Position numbers and translations under genes: made by a program. Below are positions 1 through 9,680 of a stretch of 64,000 nucleotides of DNA, piece after piece. Position 1 is the first letter of the stretch; every line of letters begins with the position of its first letter. The stretch comes from Butyricicoccus sp. GTDB taxonomy: Bacteria > Bacillota > Clostridia > Oscillospirales > Butyricicoccaceae. The DNA lies in contig JBJEZE010000112.1 in the NCBI GenBank assembly GCA_051887235.1, positions 10,146-74,145 of the forward strand. The letters run 5' to 3'. The notes below the pieces were generated by a model. The model had not been told where the DNA came from. It searched no databases and was given only the letters and a program-made list of their open reading frames with translations.

Positions 1-224
1 CCGCGGTATGTAAACGTTCGATACGGTCGGGACGCGCCGTGCGCCGGTGCATCCCAGCATATGATCCGATAATCCTGTTCAAACGCCTCGATCTGCCGGT
101 CAAACAGCGTGTGATCTGCGGTCAATCCGTGCAGCAGCACCAGCGTCTCCTTCCCATCTTCCCGTTCATTCGTCCAATACCGAACGACGCCGTCGTCCGT
201 GATAAACTGCTTTTTCCGCATCAT
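1..224 (-). CDS. alpha/beta hydrolase (partial, runs off left edge)
   Basis: Manual translation MMRKKQF...TLVLLHGLTADHTLFDRQ...ICWDAPAHGASR shows the HG and DxxxHGxS hydrolase motifs; start overlaps the TetR stop. Confidence 0.8.
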   Translation of the reverse strand, partial: MMRKKQFITDDGVVRYWTNEREDGKETLVLLHGLTADHTLFDRQIEAFEQDYRIICWDAPAHGASRPYRTFTYR

Positions 225-826
225 CGCAAATACACCTTCTTCCATTGCTCGATCATCCGCAGAAAATCCTGCTCCATCTTGTCCGCATCCAGCTGTCCCG
301 ACTGATACATCTGCCGCAAATACCCGTCCGACACCCACAAAATCTCCTGATACAGCAGCGATAAGTCCAGTCCCGGACGGAACACACCGGGATCCACCCG
401 AATCCAAAGAACCTCCTCGCTGTGTTCTGCTTCCCGCTGGAAATATTTCTGAATCGCACTGCGTATGTCCGGTTCCTGCTCATAATAGGCCCTGACCGAA
501 AATGCATACAAGTATGGATACGTGCGCATCAGCGAACACTTTGCCCGCAGGCTGCGCGTGAGCAGTTCAAAAAAATCGTCCGTTTCCAATGTGCCCCACT
601 CCGCTACCGCCCGCTTGGTCTCCGCAGCCGCACAGTCCCACAAAAACAAATACAGCTCCTGTTTGTTGCGAAAATAATAAAAGAGCAGCGACTTGGAAAT
701 GCCGGCAGCAGCCGCAATCTCCGCCATGGAAGCCTTTCTATATTCGTGCCGTGCGAAAACCTGGTATCCAACATTGATCAGGCGATTCCGCTTTTCCTCC
801 GGCAGCGTAAAAAACGACGCATTCAT
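221..826 (-). CDS. TetR/AcrR family transcriptional regulator
   Basis: N-terminal HTH ASMAEIAAAAGISKSLLFYYFRNKQEL. Confidence 0.9.
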   Translation of the reverse strand: MNASFFTLPEEKRNRLINVGYQVFARHEYRKASMAEIAAAAGISKSLLFYYFRNKQELYLFLWDCAAAETKRAVAEWGTLETDDFFELLTRSLRAKCSLMRTYPYLYAFSVRAYYEQEPDIRSAIQKYFQREAEHSEEVLWIRVDPGVFRPGLDLSLLYQEILWVSDGYLRQMYQSGQLDADKMEQDFLRMIEQWKKVYLR

Positions 827-837
827 CTGACACCTCC

Positions 838-856
838 GCTGACCAGTTCGGTCAGC
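838..856. promoter_or_regulatory. palindromic operator, probably TetR autoregulatory
   Basis: GCTGACC-N5-GGTCAGC directly upstream of the TetR start; an extra CTGACCG half-site near 872. Confidence 0.55.
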
Positions 857-953
857 ATTATTATAGTATCACTGACCGATTTTGAGAAGAGGCAGCGTTC
901 TCCAATGCACAAAAAAAGTGATACCGGAGCACGTCTGGTATCACCCTGTGTGG

Positions 954-1355
954 TTAAAATCGAATGTTTACCGAAAAATCCTGATGGCAGCGCGGACAAC
1001 AAACCGTGTGCTTTCCCCGCTTGCGCGGCAGACGAAGGACGGACTGGCAGTGCGGACACTTGCGGTACCGGCAGGTGCGCCACTCCTTGATCTTGCGCAG
1101 CTGAAAATGGTACTTCATATTGATGGAATGCAGCATCGCGGTAAACTTCGCGTTCTCCTTCTGCCGCTGCCAGGTGTTGCGCGACATCGCGCGGAACACC
1201 CACACGAAAAACAGCACCAGCGTCAGCCAATATAGAATCCTCCAGCGCACAAACCAGAACAATACCGTCAAAATCACATAGCTCCACATGATCGTGACAT
1301 TCAGTTGATCCATGCCATACCGGCCATACATCAGTTTCTGAAAAAAATTTCTCAT
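954..1355 (-). CDS. small membrane protein with C-terminal zinc ribbon
   Basis: MYGRYGMDQL start, two TM segments, CPHC...LRLPR..GK...CPRC. Confidence 0.75.
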   Translation of the reverse strand: MRNFFQKLMYGRYGMDQLNVTIMWSYVILTVLFWFVRWRILYWLTLVLFFVWVFRAMSRNTWQRQKENAKFTAMLHSINMKYHFQLRKIKEWRTCRYRKCPHCQSVLRLPRKRGKHTVCCPRCHQDFSVNIRF

Positions 1356-1441
1356 ACTATCACCTGAAATTGATTGAAAATTCAACAACGTGTTGTTATA
1401 ATATAGACTGAACTTTGCAACAAACGGAAGGAAGCAGAATC

Positions 1442-2032
1442 ATGGGAACGTATGCAGATGCCCGCGAAAAGACCCGGAACAACTTAATTCATGCGTTTTG
1501 GGATCTTTACTGCGAGAAGGACATCAACAAAATCACCATCAAGGAGATCACCGACCGCGCCGGCTACAACCGCGCCACATTCTATATCTACTTTAAAAAT
1601 ACGCGGCAGGTTCTGGATTATGTCGAAGAGCAGCTGTACGACATGCTGAGCGAGCCGGAGCACAAGCCGCGCTCGTTCGAGGAAGCCCAGCAGCTGCTGG
1701 AACAGTCCATCCAGAAATTCGATCAAAACAGCCGGTTTCTCTGCGTCCTCCTGTCCGAAAAGGGCGATCCGCAGTTTGCCAGCGATTTTCGCCAGTACCT
1801 CCGCCGGATTATGAACCGCGTTGTCGAGCTCGGCGAACTGGAACCGACAGTTCCTCTCGAATTCGCGCTGGACTTTGCCATCGGCGGGATCACCAGCAGC
1901 CTGCAGCACTGGTACGAACGCCACCCCAATACGTCCTCCAAACAGCTGATCGAGAACATTCTGCATTCTATCTTTCACGGAATGCTCCGGAGACCCTCCA
2001 CAGCAAAAACACTCATACCATACTGTGAGTAA
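1442..2032 (+). CDS. TetR/AcrR family transcriptional regulator
   Basis: ITIKEITDRAGYNRATFYIYF HTH; inverted repeat AACAAC-GT-GTTGTT at 1384-1397 upstream. Confidence 0.9.
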   Translation: MGTYADAREKTRNNLIHAFWDLYCEKDINKITIKEITDRAGYNRATFYIYFKNTRQVLDYVEEQLYDMLSEPEHKPRSFEEAQQLLEQSIQKFDQNSRFLCVLLSEKGDPQFASDFRQYLRRIMNRVVELGELEPTVPLEFALDFAIGGITSSLQHWYERHPNTSSKQLIENILHSIFHGMLRRPSTAKTLIPYCE

Positions 2033-2197
2033 TACGGATTTTCCTTCCACGGTTTCTTAATACGGTTTTAATGCTGTTATTGTAATTCAGTCCCTTCAGA
2101 AAATCAACCGATATACTGTGAATAATTCGACAGAAAACCGGTTCCTCCACAATTGTTTTCAATTGATTTACAGTTTCGTTACAATTTTATACATGAC

Positions 2198-2245
2198 AAA
2201 ACAGCAAGCCCACGGAGACTTCTCCACAGACTTGCTGTTTTTTTC
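2198..2245. terminator. intrinsic terminator, possibly bidirectional
   Basis: AAAACAGCAAG...CTTGCTGTTTTTTT between convergent genes. Confidence 0.6.
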
Positions 2246-2336
2246 ATCGTTTGCTCCGGCCGGCACAATTCGGTGCCAACCGATCCATTCTTTCATTTTC
2301 GTCGGTGCAATAACTGGACAGAAGGAAGAATCTCGG

Positions 2337-2582
2337 TCAGGAGCCGAATGATTCGGATATTTGCGCGCGCAGGCGGGACAGCTCCCGATCCTTCTGCTCC
2401 ATCTGTGCAATCAGATCGACAATGATATTCCGATAGTAGGTATTGATTTTTTCCACAACGATTCCGGTTTCCATCGGGTCATACCCGCCGAACAATACCG
2501 ACGGGACATTCAGATGCAGTGTTCCCTGACTGTCTCTGGTGTAGTACTCGTTCAGGTTCTCCGGTTCCTTTGTGTATTTCAT
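2337..2582 (-). CDS. hypothetical protein, weak DivIVA-like GYD motif plus coiled coil
   Basis: RBS AAAGGGAG; follows the Na/Pi gene; LFGGYDPMET then a heptad-like tail. Confidence 0.55.
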   Translation of the reverse strand: MKYTKEPENLNEYYTRDSQGTLHLNVPSVLFGGYDPMETGIVVEKINTYYRNIIVDLIAQMEQKDRELSRLRAQISESFGS

Positions 2583-2607
2583 GCTGTCGTCGCTCCCTTT
2601 CCTCCAC

Positions 2608-4320
2608 TCAGGCCGACGCCGGCTCTCCGGGCGTCTGGCCGTTTTTCAGTTCGGCAATCAGGTCTTCATCCAGCAGGATCTCCGCGATGTCCGAGCAGAA
2701 CTCGCCGATGCTCTCCAAATCGTGCAGAACATCCGTAAACGCCACCGTGTTTTCCGGTGAGCAGGATCCCAGCTGAAGCCGCTCCATGTGCTTCTGGCTC
2801 AGGCGGCGCTCCAGGCCCTCAATGTCTTCCTGCTGATGGATAATACTCGCAGCCATGGTCTGATCCCGATTGTTCAGCGCCTGTACCGTGCGCTCGAGCA
2901 TCTGCTCCACCTTGTCGAACGTGTCCCGCAGCTCCTCCATCGCCGTCTCGGTAAAGGTGTACCCCTTCTCCTTCTTCAGCTTGGCAAAGTTCGCAATGCT
3001 GATGAGCTGGTCGCCGATCCGTTCGAAGTCACTGGCCGCGCGGATGAGCTTGGACACGGTCGCAGACTGCTTGTCGGTCAGATAACCGGTCGTACACAGC
3101 GAAGACAGATAGCGGATGGTTTTGTCCTGCAAAATATCCACCACGTCCTCCAGTTCGTATACCCGCTCCATCTTTTCATCCGCGCCGCGCAAAAATCCCT
3201 CACGCGCTACCTCGGACATATTGACGGCAAATTCGCCAATGCGGACCAGCTCGCAGCGGGTCAGGTTGATGGCGGCGGACGGCAGATGGCGCACGTTGTT
3301 GTCCAGGAACTTCGGTTCGGTCTGCGCCTGCACCTTCTTCTCCACGATCGGAATCAGCGTCGTCACGATCTTGACCAGAATCGGGAGCAGCGGCAGCCAG
3401 ACCAGCGTCATCACAACGTTGAAGCAGGTGTGCGCATTGGCAATCTGGCGTGCAATGACGTCAACCTCGTTCCCCTTGGGCGAGATATACTGGATAAACC
3501 TGGCGTACCACGGCACGATCCAGATAAACAGCAGAGCGCCGGAAATGTTAAAGGTACAGTGCGCCAGCGCGGTGCGCTTCGCCTGCCGCGGCTGTCCGAC
3601 CGTGGCCAAAATGGCAGTGATGGTCGTGCCGATATTGTCGCCAAGCAGGATCGGGATCGCGCCGGTCAGTCCCAGAATGCTGGTCACACCGTCCGCCGCC
3701 GGCTGCGCCGCAAAGTTCTGCAGTACGGCGATGGTCGCGGACGAACTCTGCACCACCAGCGTCATCAGCGCACCAACCAGTACGCCCAACACCGGAACAT
3801 GCGACACGTAGGCGATCATATTCAGGAACAGCTCGCTGGAGGCCAGCGGCTTCATGACGCTGCTCATGGTTGTAATGCCCACGAAAAGCAGACCAAAAGC
3901 GAAAATCGTTTGTCCGACATTTTTCAGCTGTTCTTTTTTCGGGAAGAAATACAGTAAAAATCCGACAAACACAATGGGCCAGATGTAATCATCAATTTTA
4001 AACGCAATGATCTGCGCGGTCAGCGTCGTGCCGATATTGGCTCCGAGAATGACCGAAATCGCCTGCGGCAGGCTCATCAGGCCCGCGCTGACAAAGCCGA
4101 TGACCATGACGGTTGTCGCGGAACTGCTCTGCAGCACCGCCGTGACAAGCGCGCCGGCCAGAACACCGATGAGCCGATTTTTGGTCAGCACACCCAGAAT
4201 CTGCTTCATCCGCTCGCCGGCTGCCTTCTGGAGTCCCTCGCTCATCAGGTTCATGCCGTAAATAAATACCGCCAGCCCGCCGAGCAGTCCTCCCAACGTG
4301 GTCAAAATTTCACTGTTCAT
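2608..4320 (-). CDS. Na/Pi cotransporter family protein with PhoU-like C-terminus
   Basis: Two QSSSATT/QSSSATI repeats and GANIGTT/GDNIGTT motifs; ERIGD PhoU domain. Confidence 0.93.
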   Translation of the reverse strand: MNSEILTTLGGLLGGLAVFIYGMNLMSEGLQKAAGERMKQILGVLTKNRLIGVLAGALVTAVLQSSSATTVMVIGFVSAGLMSLPQAISVILGANIGTTLTAQIIAFKIDDYIWPIVFVGFLLYFFPKKEQLKNVGQTIFAFGLLFVGITTMSSVMKPLASSELFLNMIAYVSHVPVLGVLVGALMTLVVQSSSATIAVLQNFAAQPAADGVTSILGLTGAIPILLGDNIGTTITAILATVGQPRQAKRTALAHCTFNISGALLFIWIVPWYARFIQYISPKGNEVDVIARQIANAHTCFNVVMTLVWLPLLPILVKIVTTLIPIVEKKVQAQTEPKFLDNNVRHLPSAAINLTRCELVRIGEFAVNMSEVAREGFLRGADEKMERVYELEDVVDILQDKTIRYLSSLCTTGYLTDKQSATVSKLIRAASDFERIGDQLISIANFAKLKKEKGYTFTETAMEELRDTFDKVEQMLERTVQALNNRDQTMAASIIHQQEDIEGLERRLSQKHMERLQLGSCSPENTVAFTDVLHDLESIGEFCSDIAEILLDEDLIAELKNGQTPGEPASA

Positions 4321-4376
4321 ACATTCGTTCTCCTTACACACTCTATTCTGCTATTCATCTCAATCATAGCAAAGCA

Positions 4377-4450
4377 ATGTAAAATTATCGACCTGCGGTG
4401 TGTAAATTCGACGTAAAGTACCTCTCCCCTGCGTAAAATCTGTGTAAATT
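4377..4450 (-). promoter_or_regulatory. Pho-box-like direct repeats upstream of the Na/Pi cotransporter
   Basis: TTTAC(A/G) pairs at 11-bp spacing on the minus strand, resembling the Firmicute PhoP TT(A/T/C)ACA box. Confidence 0.6.
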
Positions 4451-5223
4451 CAGCCTGGAATGTCTCCCACTCCGTTCAGCACCAGTCTTGGGCGGTACGG
4501 GAACCGCACAATGTCCTCCTCCGCTGTCACGCCGGACAGCACCAGCGCCGTATCCAGTCCGGTTTCGATGCCCGCGATCATGTCCGTATCCATCCGATCG
4601 CCGATCATCGCCGTGTTCTCCGAATGCGCGCCCAGCATACGCAGCCCCGTTCGCATCATCAACGGATTGGGCTTGCCGACGAAGTAGGCCTGCTTCCCGG
4701 TCGCGCGTTCAATCGGTGCGATCATCGCCCGGCACCCCGGCACGATGCCCGACTCCGTCGGTCCGGTCAGGTCGCTGTTCGTGCCGATCAGCCGCGCGCC
4801 GCGCGCGACCAGCCGGATCGCGTGTACCATCTGATCGTAGTGGTAGTTGTCCGGCTCGCCGAACACGACATAGTCCGGATCGACATCGTTGATGGTGATC
4901 CCGGCGTCGTACAGCGCGTTGAGCAGACCGTGTTCGCCGATGGCGTACACGCTGCATCCCGGCGCCTGCGTCATCAGGAATGCGGCCGTCGCCTGTGCGC
5001 TGGTGTAGAAGTGGCTGACATCCACCTCCAGTCCCATTCTCGCCAGCTTCTGCTTGAGCTCCAGCGGGGTGGAACGGCTGGAATTGGTCAGGAACAAAAA
5101 TTTCTTGTCCTCCGCGTACAGCCAGTCCACAAATTCACGCACGCCCGGCAGCAGCCGGTTTCCGTGGTAAATGACACCGTCCATATCGCACAAAAAGCCT
5201 TCTTTTTGCCGTAATTGCTCCAT
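4450..5223 (-). CDS. nagD: HAD-IIA hydrolase, NagD-like
   Basis: DMDGVIY, FLTNSS, VGKPNP and MIGDRMDTD motifs. Confidence 0.85.
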   Translation of the reverse strand: MEQLRQKEGFLCDMDGVIYHGNRLLPGVREFVDWLYAEDKKFLFLTNSSRSTPLELKQKLARMGLEVDVSHFYTSAQATAAFLMTQAPGCSVYAIGEHGLLNALYDAGITINDVDPDYVVFGEPDNYHYDQMVHAIRLVARGARLIGTNSDLTGPTESGIVPGCRAMIAPIERATGKQAYFVGKPNPLMMRTGLRMLGAHSENTAMIGDRMDTDMIAGIETGLDTALVLSGVTAEEDIVRFPYRPRLVLNGVGDIPG

Positions 5224-5320
5224 TGCTTTCCTCCTCAAAATGGAAAATGAGATCGTCAAGAGAGATTCCCCTGCGATCATTCATTCCCCAAAATTCACAA
5301 TATCATTCCGGCGCCGCCGA

Positions 5321-5980
5321 TTAAATGACGGTCGAGTCCTTGTGCTGTCCCGTCAGAGAGAACACCACCCACTCCGCGATGTTCACCGCATGGTCGCCAA
5401 TGCGCTCCAGGTACTTCGCAATCATCAGCAGATCCAAAATCTGCTGCGCATTTTCCGACGGGGACTTCTGGATCGCCACAATCAGCTCGTCGCGCGTGCT
5501 CAGGAACTCTTTGTCCACAACATTGTCGTAATCAATGACCATCTGCGCCTTGTCCAGATCGCTTTCCACAAACGAGTCGATCGCATCCCGGACCATCTTG
5601 ATGGACGCAATGGCCATTGCCGTCAGGCCCTCCGGCATCTCAAAGTTCCGATTGCGGCACAGAAACAGGGTGATCTCTGCAATATCCGCCGCCTGATCGC
5701 CGATCCGCTCCAGATCGGTAATCATTTTCAGCGCCGCAGAGACATTCCGAAGGTCGGTCGCCACCGGCTGCTGGTGCAACAGAAGACGCAGGCAGCGGCT
5801 CTCGATTTCCTTTTCCATCTGGTCAATGCGGTCGTCGTTGTCCATGATTTTCTGCGCCAGGGACTCGTCCATGTCCTTCAGCGACTGAATGCTGCTGCTG
5901 ATCGCGCTCTCCGCCATGGAAGCCATTTGAATCAACTCTTCGTGCAGGACGGTCAGCTCTTTGTCAAATTTTGTTCTCAT
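5321..5980 (-). CDS. phoU: phosphate signalling protein PhoU
   Basis: QQPVATDLR and repeated DLERIGD/YLERIGDH; follows pstB. Confidence 0.95.
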   Translation of the reverse strand: MRTKFDKELTVLHEELIQMASMAESAISSSIQSLKDMDESLAQKIMDNDDRIDQMEKEIESRCLRLLLHQQPVATDLRNVSAALKMITDLERIGDQAADIAEITLFLCRNRNFEMPEGLTAMAIASIKMVRDAIDSFVESDLDKAQMVIDYDNVVDKEFLSTRDELIVAIQKSPSENAQQILDLLMIAKYLERIGDHAVNIAEWVVFSLTGQHKDSTVI

Positions 5981-5997
5981 ACATGCCTCCCCCTGCG

Positions 5998-6750
5998 TTA
6001 TCCGAAGCGTCCGGTGATGTAGTCTTCCGTCCGCTTGTCCTGCGGTCTGGAAAACAGCTGATCGGTCTCGTTGTACTCCACGACCTCACCCAGCAGGAAA
6101 AACGCCGTCCGGTCGGAAATACGCACCGCCTGCTGCATATTATGTGTCACCATGACGATGGTATATTCCTCCTTGAGCTGGTCCACCAGCTCCTCCACCT
6201 TGTTCGTGGAAATCGGGTCCAGCGCCGAAGTCGGCTCGTCCATCAGCAGCACTTCCGGCTCAATCGCCAGCGCCCGCGCGATGCAGAGACGCTGCTGCTG
6301 TCCGCCGGACATGCCCAGAGCGCTCTTGCCCAGACGATCCTTGACCTCATCCCAAATCGCCGCGCCGCGCAGGCTCTTTTCCACGATGTCATCCAGCTTT
6401 TTCTTATTGCGGATGCCGTGGGTGCGCGGGCCGAACGCGATGTTGTCGTAGATGCTCATCGGGAACGGGTTCGGCTTCTGAAAGACCATGCCGACGCGGC
6501 GGCGCAGCAGATTGACGTCCATGCTGCCATAAATGTCCTCGCCGTCCAGCGTCACCGTGCCGTCAATCCGGCATCCCTCCACCAGATCGTTCATGCGGTT
6601 CAGCGTCTTGAGCAGCGTGGACTTGCCGCAGCCGGACGGTCCGATGAACGCGGTGACTTCGTTCTCCGGCAGATCAATATTGATGTTTTTCAGGGCGTGG
6701 AAGCTGCCGTAATGCAGATCCAGATCCTGTACGCGAATTTTGGTATTCAT
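5998..6750 (-). CDS. pstB: phosphate ABC transporter ATPase
   Basis: [33 protein letters not shown]. Confidence 0.97.
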   Translation of the reverse strand: MNTKIRVQDLDLHYGSFHALKNINIDLPENEVTAFIGPSGCGKSTLLKTLNRMNDLVEGCRIDGTVTLDGEDIYGSMDVNLLRRRVGMVFQKPNPFPMSIYDNIAFGPRTHGIRNKKKLDDIVEKSLRGAAIWDEVKDRLGKSALGMSGGQQQRLCIARALAIEPEVLLMDEPTSALDPISTNKVEELVDQLKEEYTIVMVTHNMQQAVRISDRTAFFLLGEVVEYNETDQLFSRPQDKRTEDYITGRFG

Positions 6751-6768
6751 ATAGACTCCTCAATCTTC

Positions 6769-7671
6769 TCAGGATTTCGTCAGCTTGCGTGCGATCAGTG
6801 CGGACAGCGTGTTCATCAGCAAAACGATGAGCAGCAGAACGACCGCCGTGGCATACGCCTGATTGGTATGCAGACCCTCGCTGGACAGGCAGTACATATG
6901 CACCGCCAGCGTGCGTCCGGAATCCATCAGTCCGCTTGCGGTATCGGTCGAGGTGCCTGCCGTGTACATCAGCGCAGCCGTCTCACCGACGACACGTCCT
7001 ACCGCCAGAATGATGCCGGCAAGAATGCCGGGCATGGCGTTGGGGAGGACAACGCGGAACGTCGTTCTCAGCTTGCCCGCTCCCAGTCCAAAGCTGGCCT
7101 CACGGTACATGTCCGGAACCGCAAGCAGCGCTTCCTCCGTGCTCCGCATGATCAGCGGCAGAATCATGATCGCCAGCGTCATGGAGCCGGCCAGCAGAGA
7201 CATGCCCCAGTGCAACTGGGTGACAAAGAACAGCAATCCGAACAGGCCGTATACAATGGACGGAATACCGGACAGCGTCTCGGTGGTCAGTCGAATCAGA
7301 TCGACCAGCCGGTTTCCGCGCTTGGCATACTCCACCAGATACACGGCCGTGAACACGCTGATCGGAATGGCAATCAGCAGGGACAGCAGGGTCATGCGGA
7401 CCGTCATCAGGATGGCCGGCATCATGGAGCAGTTGTCCGACGTGTATTTCATCTCAAACAGAGACGGGGTCAGGTACGGAATACCGCGAATCAGGATATA
7501 GCCGATCAAAAACAGCAGAACGAAAAAGGTGAAAAACGCCGCGGCGTACACTGCTCCGCGCAGAGCCAGCGCCTGTTTGTATCCGCTCCCCTTGCGCGGC
7601 GGTGCAGTCCGTTCGACGCGCGCCGTATGGTCCGCGTGTCTGGGTACTGCGGCAGCAGTCGGAGTGCTCAT
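6769..7671 (-). CDS. pstA: phosphate ABC transporter permease PstA
   Basis: GIPSIVYGLFG and GRVVGETAAL; operon position. Confidence 0.93.
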   Translation of the reverse strand: MSTPTAAAVPRHADHTARVERTAPPRKGSGYKQALALRGAVYAAAFFTFFVLLFLIGYILIRGIPYLTPSLFEMKYTSDNCSMMPAILMTVRMTLLSLLIAIPISVFTAVYLVEYAKRGNRLVDLIRLTTETLSGIPSIVYGLFGLLFFVTQLHWGMSLLAGSMTLAIMILPLIMRSTEEALLAVPDMYREASFGLGAGKLRTTFRVVLPNAMPGILAGIILAVGRVVGETAALMYTAGTSTDTASGLMDSGRTLAVHMYCLSSEGLHTNQAYATAVVLLLIVLLMNTLSALIARKLTKS

Positions 7672-8534
7672 ATCTTTTCTCCTCTCTTTTTCACAATCGT
7701 GAACGTAATATTGATCAGCAGAATAAAGAGAAACAGGATAACGCCGGTGGCGATCAGTGCCTCGCGGTGCAGACCGGTGGCATAGCCCATTTCCAATACG
7801 ATGTTCGCCGTCATGGTGCGCACGCCGCGCAGCAATCCGTTCGGGATACGCGGCTGGTTTCCGGCAACCATGATGACCGCCATGGTCTCGCCGATCGCAC
7901 GGCCGATGCCCAATACAACTGCGGCCAGAACACCGGATTTTGCTGCCGGAACAACGGCATAAAACACCGCTCTCTCGTGTGTGGCGCCCAACGCCAGCGC
8001 ACCTTCATAATAGCTGTCCGGCACCGCGCGGATGGCGGACTCGCTCAGGTTGATGACCGTCGGCAGAATCATAATACCCAGCAGGATGGCCGCCGCGAGC
8101 AGGCTTACGCCCTGGCTGCGCGGCAGCATGCGGACCATCGGTACCAAAACGACCATGCCGAAAAAACCGTAGATAATGGATGGGATTCCTGCCATCAGCT
8201 GTACCATCGGCTCCAGCAGACCATGCAGTTTTTTCGGGCAGAAACGCGCCAGAAAGACAGCGGTCAGAATGCCAATCGGTACACCCAGAACAATGGCTCC
8301 GGCCGTGACGCACAGACTGCCCAGAATCATCGGCAGGATTCCGAAGGAAGCCGGCTCATTTTTCGGTGCCCACTCAGTGCCCAGCAGGAAATTGCCCACA
8401 CCAATTTCCTGGATCGCCGGCAGTCCATTCGCAAACATGAAGTAGCAAATCAGCAGGACCGCGACAATGGAAACACAGGCGCACAGAAAGAACACACCGT
8501 GCATTCCCTTTTCCAGAATTCGTTGTCGTTTCAT
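7668..8534 (-). CDS. pstC: phosphate ABC transporter permease PstC
   Basis: GIPSIIYGFFG, GRAIGETMAVIMVAGN. Confidence 0.95.
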   Translation of the reverse strand: MKRQRILEKGMHGVFFLCACVSIVAVLLICYFMFANGLPAIQEIGVGNFLLGTEWAPKNEPASFGILPMILGSLCVTAGAIVLGVPIGILTAVFLARFCPKKLHGLLEPMVQLMAGIPSIIYGFFGMVVLVPMVRMLPRSQGVSLLAAAILLGIMILPTVINLSESAIRAVPDSYYEGALALGATHERAVFYAVVPAAKSGVLAAVVLGIGRAIGETMAVIMVAGNQPRIPNGLLRGVRTMTANIVLEMGYATGLHREALIATGVILFLFILLINITFTIVKKRGEKI

Positions 8535-8559
8535 ACGAAGCTCCTTGTCCCTCTGTGGA

Positions 8560-9486
8560 TTACTGTGCGGCTACGTCTTCCCAATCCGTGACTTCGCCGG
8601 TGAAGATCTGACGAACCTGCTCGGTAGTCAACCCATCCAGTGCATTCTCCGGGTTTACAATAACCGCAATACCGTCCAGCGCGATCTGTACCGACTGTAC
8701 CTCTGCGGCCTCTTCCTCGCTCAGCTCGCGCGACGCCATGCCGATGTCGCAAATGCCCTCAATCGTGCTGTTGACGCCGGTCGTGGAGTCCGAGGTCTCA
8801 ATCGTGATCTTTGCATCCGGATTGATCTCTTCGTACGCTTCCTTCAGCTTTTCCATAACCGGGGAGACGGAGGAGGAACCCGCTACCGTGACATCACCCT
8901 TGGAGCCGTCCGACTCAAATGCACCGGATTCGGAATCAACCGGGATATATCCTGCATCCGAAACCACCTGCTGGCCGTCCTCAGACAAAATGTAATTGAT
9001 GAAGTCTGCCGCCGCACCCTCTGCATCACCGTTCAGGACGATGTTGAACGGACGGGACAGGCTGTACTCGCCATTCAGGACGTTGTCCGTGGTCGCTTCC
9101 ACGCCGTCAATCGCGACAGCCTTGACCGAATCATTCAGCGAACCCATGGAAGCGTAGCCGATGGCGTTGGCATCGCCGGCAACATTCTGCATCATAACCT
9201 CAGTCTGGTTGGCAATCACCGCATCCATCGTGGTGTTGTCCGTCTTGTTGCCGTTCTCCTCGGTCTGTACGCCGGTCAGCTCAATAAATGCGCCGCGGGT
9301 ACCGGAGCCGTCCTCACGGGAAATAACGCTGATCAGACCGGACGGTGCAGACGCAGCTGCGGAATCCGCGCTGTCCGAAGACGCATCGCCAGTGCCGGAA
9401 GAGGAACCGCAGCCGACCAACATGCCGGCCAACATGGTACCAGCCAGGACGGTACCGAATACTCTCGTTGCAAATGTCTTATTCAT
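8560..9486 (-). CDS. pstS: phosphate-binding lipoprotein PstS (permuted lobe order)
   Basis: Lipobox LVGC, SREDGSGTR, GSSSV, IALDGIAVIVN. Confidence 0.9.
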   Translation of the reverse strand: MNKTFATRVFGTVLAGTMLAGMLVGCGSSSGTGDASSDSADSAAASAPSGLISVISREDGSGTRGAFIELTGVQTEENGNKTDNTTMDAVIANQTEVMMQNVAGDANAIGYASMGSLNDSVKAVAIDGVEATTDNVLNGEYSLSRPFNIVLNGDAEGAAADFINYILSEDGQQVVSDAGYIPVDSESGAFESDGSKGDVTVAGSSSVSPVMEKLKEAYEEINPDAKITIETSDSTTGVNSTIEGICDIGMASRELSEEEAAEVQSVQIALDGIAVIVNPENALDGLTTEQVRQIFTGEVTDWEDVAAQ

Positions 9487-9540
9487 GATTACATTTCCTT
9501 TCTGAACGTTGTCAAATAGATTTGTTGTTCAACAAGCTTT

Positions 9541-9625
9541 ATTATAGGCGGGGTCTGTAAACTTCTCCCTCACAAATCGGTAAAATCCACGTATGCTCTG
9601 TAAAGTTTCGGTTGACATCGTAAAA
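9541..9625 (-). promoter_or_regulatory. pstS promoter with Pho-box-like repeats
   Basis: TATAAT at 9541-9546 (minus); TTTAC-type hexamers near 9556, 9579, 9599 and 9619. Confidence 0.5.
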
Positions 9626-9680
9626 GAAATGCAAAAAAACAGATGCACAACAAGTTGTGCATCTGCCTCGAAACTCTATG

